From the NCBI GenBank assembly GCA_963745035.1, contig CAVUVW010000005.1, positions 1 to 64,000 of the forward strand: a DNA stretch of 64,000 bases, given 5' to 3'. The DNA is from an uncultured delta proteobacterium. GTDB lineage: Bacteria; Desulfobacterota; Binatia; UBA9968. The position numbers and the translations under genes are program-made. Under the pieces are notes generated by a model. That model did not search any database. It was given only the letters and a program-made list of their open reading frames with translations, and was not told where the DNA came from. Position 1 is the stretch's first letter. Each line of letters opens with the position of its first letter. Shown in pieces: positions 59,190-64,000 of this stretch.

Positions 59190-60573
59190 TTACTTGAAAA
59201 ACTTCGCGACCCGCTCGAAGGCATCGGGCTCGATCTCGTTGCGCACCGGCCATTCGCTTTTCGATTTCAGCGGGATGGTCGCGTCGATGATCGCAACCGT
59301 ATCGCCGAGCCAGCCGCGGAAGCTCTGCACCTCGCGGATAATCTCGATGTCCTTGTCCCAGTGGACGCGCGTAGCGACCGCCCACATGACTTCCCGTTCG
59401 TTGAAGACGTCGACGTCGTCGTCGACGATCACCGCCAACTTTAGATTCGGCATTTCCACAAACGCCTGCATGCCGGCCTTGTTGGGCTCGTTTTCGAATT
59501 CCTTCTTGATCGAGATGTAGCAGATGCAGCGGCCGCAGCCCGACGGGGGAAGATGAATTCCCTTGATGCCCGGGACGTTTTTCTTGATGACGTTATAGGT
59601 GCTGCCTTCCTTGGGAATGCTGCCCAAGTTCCAGTGATCCATGTGCCCCGGCCAAAAATCTTCGACGATGCCGCCGCGGCGATGGGTGATCGCGGTCACC
59701 TCGATAACCGGCACGTCCATTTTCGGCTGAGCGTAGCCGAGGATCTCGCCGAAGGGGTTTTGTGACTGGCGCACGCCGGGAAGAATTTCGCCTTCGATGA
59801 TCACCTCGGCGTCCGCGGGAACCATGAATTTATCGCCCCATGTCGTCGATGGGGTGAGCCGCAGCGGTTCCTTCAGAAACGCCGAGGCGGTCAGATAGTC
59901 GTTGTTGCCCATCGCCGTCATGGCGCAGGAGGAGAGATAAAATGCCGGATGATGGCCCAGAATAACGATCACCGGCGCGCGCAGGTTTTTGTCCTCATAC
60001 TCGCAAGCCATGGCTTCAAGGTGGTGGTGCTTGTGCGCCGAGAAGCTCATGTGCCTGGGATCGTGAAACTTGTTCTTCGTGAACGTGATGTCGTAAAACT
60101 CCGCGTCGAGGCCTTTCATCGCGCAGGTCATGGTGTGATAGGGGCCGGCGTCGCCCTTTTGATGCATCGGCATCGGCAGCACTCGAAGATCGGCCTTGTC
60201 TCCGGTGAGGACGACTTCCTTGACCGGCGCTTTCTCCGGCGCGATCACCTGTACACTGCCTTTTTGCTGCTCGAGCTTGGCGACTTCGAGACTCACCTCC
60301 ATCGGGGATTTGATGTCGCCCATGTCGAGCGAATCGGCGACGTACTGGCGCGTGACCCACGGGTTGTAGAACATCGGAAACTCGGACTTCTTGCCGTTCA
60401 GCGCGGGGACGTTCTCGAACAAAACCATCTTGGGCTCATTGCGCACGTCGAGATGTTTCAAATAGGCGACGGTCTCGTAATTGTTGGCGTCGATGAAATT
60501 TTTCTCGCGGATGACGGAGCCTTCTCGTTTCGCCCCTTCCTGGGCGATGAAGCTCGGCAGATCTTTAGGCCAT
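59190..60573 (-). CDS. UbiD-family (prFMN) decarboxylase-like protein, divergent active site
   Basis: APVKEV...DLRVLP...DAGPY, VPADAEVIIEG, NPFGE, IVDDDVDVFN...VMWAVATR. One extra base after the ATG. Confidence 0.88.
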
Positions 60574-60650
60574 GGGACACTCCTGTCAGATTGATGAAGC
60601 GAACGGTATCGTCTCTAATTAGTAGAATCCCCCTTGGAGTTCAAGCGAGG

Positions 60651-62181
60651 TCAGCCGCCGGCGAGTCCTTTTAACGCGCGCAGCTTATGGCGCCAGCCGG
60701 TATGGCAAAGCAGGTTCAGAAGGTGACGCACCTGATGCGCCTTCTTCGCTGTTGCGGGATACCACGGGAATTCTTCTTTGAGGCCGAACTTGTCGGTGAC
60801 GACGGTTTTTTGCTGGCAGAACTTGCGGATGCCTTCGGCGCCGTGGCGGTAGCCGAAGCCGCTGTCTTTGCGCCCGCCCATGGGCGCGTCGGCGACGATG
60901 AATGCGCACGAGGCTGTCGTTGATGCAGACCGAGCCGCTTTGCAGCCCCTCGGCCAATAGTTGGGAGAGCGCCGCGTCGCGGCTAAACACCGCGGCGCTG
61001 AGGCCGTAGCGCGAGTCGTTGGCCAAGCGCAGCGCTTCGTCGGCGTCGTCGACTTTCACGAGGGGAATGATCGGGCCAAAAGTTTCTTCGCTCATCACTT
61101 TCATCGAGTGGTCGACGTCGACGAGCACGGTGGGCTCATAGTAATAACCCGGCAGATCCGGACGGCGCCGGCCGCCGGTGAGCGCCTTGGCGCCGCGCGC
61201 AACCGCTTCATCGACCTGGGCCGCAACCTTTTTCAACTGCTCTTCCGAGGTCATGCAGCCGATATCCACGGTATCGGCGCTCGCGCCTTGCTTGATCGCG
61301 CGGACGCGCTCGACGACCTTGTCGACGAAAGGTTGATAAACCGGCGCCTCCACGTAGACGCGCTCGATGGAGGTGCAGATCTGGCCGCTGTTCATTAAGG
61401 CGCCCCACACGCAGGCGCCGGCGGCGCGATCGAGATTGGCGTCCTTGAGGACAATCATGGGATCTTTGCCGCCGAGCTCGAGAGAAACCGGCGTGAGCCG
61501 CTCGGCGGCACGGCGCATGACCATTTTCCCCGTTTCCACGCTGCCGGTGAAGGCGATCATGTCGGCGCAATCGACCAGCGCTTCGCCGGTAGCGCCGTAG
61601 CCGATGACGACTTGAAGGAGGTTTTTCGGAAAGCCCGCCTTGGCCGCGATCTCCGCGCCGAAGATCGCCGAAAGCGGCGTCAATTCGGACGGTTTGATCA
61701 CGACCGCGTTTCCCGCCATGAGCGCCGGCAGGGCTTCGCCCAAGGTCATCGCCAGCGGAAAATTCCACGGGCTGATGATGCCGATCACGCCGCGCGGCGC
61801 GTAGCTTGAAACGACTTTTTTGGCTTTGAGAAGGGGAAAGTGCGGGCGGATCTTCTCTGGGCGGAGAAAGCTCGAAGATTTCTTGGCCCAGACGCCGACG
61901 GCGTCGCAGAGATAGAAGAGCTCATTGCCGTAGACTTCCGCGCGTGGACGGCCGGTCTCCGCGGTCAAAATTTCGGCGAGTCTCTCGCCTTCGTCGAGCA
62001 AGAGATCGCGCAATCTGTAAAGCGCGCGAGCGCGCTCCGCCAGACTGGTTTGGCGCCAGCCGATTTGCGCTTCGCGGCCGCGCTCCACGGCCAGTCTTAC
62101 GTCAGCCGGTGATGCGACCGGCAGCTCGGCTATTTTTTCCAGTGTGGCGGGGTTACGGACGACGATTGAGTCAGCAGTCAC
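60651..62181 (-). CDS. Aldehyde dehydrogenase (frameshift near the 3' end)
   Basis: ISPWNFP, KPSE, FTGS, ELGGKDP, NSGQIC, EETFGP, MGGRKDSG. Confidence 0.95.
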
Positions 62182-62256
62182 AGGACCTCCGCGTCGATTC
62201 GCGGCGAGAGATTTTCGGCTTATCTTGTCGAAAGTGCCAACTACGGGCGATGGCGT

Positions 62257-63030
62257 CTAGATCATTGTTTGGCCGCCGCAGATGTTCATTGCCTGCCCGG
62301 TAATGCCGCGCGCCGCGTCCGAAGCCACGTAGCACACCAGTTCGGCGATCTCCTCCGCTTCGAGGAACCGCTGGATCGGCACCGCGGCGGTTGCTTGGGC
62401 GCGGAACTGCTCCGGCGTAATCCCCTGAAGTGCCGCGGTCTCCTCGATTCCCAGGGTCGCCATTTCGGTATCGACCCAGCCCGGGCAGATCGTATTGGCG
62501 GTGATGCCGCGGCTCACAACCTCCAAAGCCAAAGCGCGAGTGAAACCGATCATGCCATGTTTGCTCGTGCAGTAAGCCGTGTAGCCCGGCACGCCGAACT
62601 TGCCCAGCACCGACGAGATATTGATAACTCTGCCGCCGGCATGATCGGGCATGCGCTGTAGGACCGCTTTGGTGACGAGATACAAACCGTTCAGATTGGT
62701 GTCGATAATGTCGTACCAGCGGGCGTCGTCCGGATCGTTGAGCATGCTCAGGCCGGAGATGCCCGCGTTGTTCACCAGGATGTGCGGCGGTCCCCAAGTG
62801 GAAACAACCGCGTCTACGGCGCGCTCGACATCCGCCTTTTTTCGCACGTCCATCGCCAGAGGCAGCGCCGCCAGCGAGCGGTTTTTAAGCTCCTCCGCGG
62901 CCCGCTCAACGTTGCTCAGGGCGCGCGACGCGATGGCCACTTTCGCGCCGTTTTGGGCCAATTTTAGCGCGATTGCCCTGCCGATCCCGGTGCCGCCCCC
63001 GGTTATCAGGGCCACTTTGCCGTCCAACAT
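62257..63030 (-). CDS. Short-chain dehydrogenase/reductase
   Basis: TGGGTGIG, NNAG, YCTSK, NTICPGWVDT. Confidence 0.93.
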   Translation of the reverse strand: MLDGKVALITGGGTGIGRAIALKLAQNGAKVAIASRALSNVERAAEELKNRSLAALPLAMDVRKKADVERAVDAVVSTWGPPHILVNNAGISGLSMLNDPDDARWYDIIDTNLNGLYLVTKAVLQRMPDHAGGRVINISSVLGKFGVPGYTAYCTSKHGMIGFTRALALEVVSRGITANTICPGWVDTEMATLGIEETAALQGITPEQFRAQATAAVPIQRFLEAEEIAELVCYVASDAARGITGQAMNICGGQTMI

Positions 63031-63250
63031 GGCTTCGGTTATGCCTCAAAAATGCATGGTAACTATCGGCTTATGCGGGGAAAATCAAGTCTCGGGAGGC
63101 CCCCGCCACCGGGTCATGGGCGTGCCGCGACCGTCGTCGTGGCATGCTGGTCCCGCAATTGCTCAACGAAAGCTCCGCAAAATCAATAATCTTTACACTT
63201 CTTAACGCGATATAATAAAATTCACTCAGAAGATTCCAGGAGTAAATTGC

Positions 63251-64000
63251 ATGGACATGGATATTACCCAACTGCTCGCGTTTGGCGTGGAGCAGGGCGC
63301 TTCGGACTGTCACTTGAGCGCGGGCGAGCCGCCGATGATTCGCATTGACGGCGAGCTCAAGAAGCTAGACCATCCGCCGCTCACCAAGGAGCAAGTGCAC
63401 GCCTTGGTTTACGACATTATGAGCGATGCCCAGCGCCGCGTGTTTGAAGAAACCCACGAGTGCGATTTTTCATTCGAGATGGAAAAAGTCGCCAGGTTTC
63501 GCGTCAATGTGTTTTTGCAGCGCAAGGGCGAAGGCGCGGTATTTCGCACGATTCCAACCAAGGTCCTGACCCTCGAAGAGCTCGGTATGCCGCCGATTTT
63601 GAAGCAGCTCTGCGACAAAGATAAGGGACTGATTCTTGTCACCGGGCCGACGGGGTCGGGTAAATCGACGACATTGGCGGCGATGGTCGACTATCTGAAC
63701 AGCAGCTTCGAGGGCCATATCCTCACCGTCGAGGATCCGATCGAATTCGTCCATGTGTCGAAAAAGTGCTTGGTCAACCAGCGCGAGCTGGGGCCGCACA
63801 CTCATTCCTTCGCTAATGCGCTGAAGTCGGCGCTGCGCGAGGACCCCGATATCATCCTGGTCGGTGAAATGCGCGATTTGGAGACCATTCAGCTCGCTTT
63901 GACCGCAGCCGAAACCGGCCACATCGTGTTCGGCACTTTGCACACGTCGAGCGCGCCCAAGACCGTCGATCGTATCATCGACGTGTTTCCGCCCAACCAG
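63251..64000 (+). CDS. pilT: Type IV pilus retraction ATPase (partial, runs off the window)
   Basis: Manual translation: MDITQLLAFGVEQGASDCHLSAG...RFRVN...GPTGSGKST...TVEDPIE...LREDPD...GEMRD...AAETGH...TLHT. Confidence 0.95.
   Translation, partial: MDMDITQLLAFGVEQGASDCHLSAGEPPMIRIDGELKKLDHPPLTKEQVHALVYDIMSDAQRRVFEETHECDFSFEMEKVARFRVNVFLQRKGEGAVFRTIPTKVLTLEELGMPPILKQLCDKDKGLILVTGPTGSGKSTTLAAMVDYLNSSFEGHILTVEDPIEFVHVSKKCLVNQRELGPHTHSFANALKSALREDPDIILVGEMRDLETIQLALTAAETGHIVFGTLHTSSAPKTVDRIIDVFPPNQ

Overview
A 64-kb, GC-rich bacterial chromosome segment. Gene order and content look deltaproteobacterial, possibly Binatia-like; this is an inference. Single-base indels occur throughout, including in essential genes (guaB, guaA, thrS, pheT, purC, thiC), so most split ORFs are read as long-read or consensus errors rather than pseudogenes. 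Layout: (i) mscS-like gene and a lone substrate-binding protein; (ii) a defence island at about 2.3-10.3 kb with a type I R-M system (hsdR...hsdM-hsdS), an AbiEi-like antitoxin with twin palindromic operators but no toxin, a garbled four-helix-bundle gene, and a translationally coupled DUF6978-like + DUF1828/DUF1829-like pair that is a candidate anti-phage module; (iii) accessory metabolic genes at about 10-33 kb with many small intergenic palindromes and repeats; (iv) a housekeeping block: guaBA, dnaE, hflX, tRNA-Val, thrS-infC-rpmI-rplT-pheST-ihfA, tRNA-Pro, pcm, nlpD-like, apt, nuoI-like, thiC, purC, partial pilT. Signals missed by the ORF track: an ArsC/Spx-family selenoprotein (U-T-T-C with a SECIS-like hairpin) coupled to a divergent UbiD; a leaderless uORF plus terminator attenuator upstream of guaBA; a 25-aa membrane micropeptide behind a sigma54-type motif; an ATC start codon for infC; and a decayed PIN toxin remnant behind a DUF433 antitoxin.
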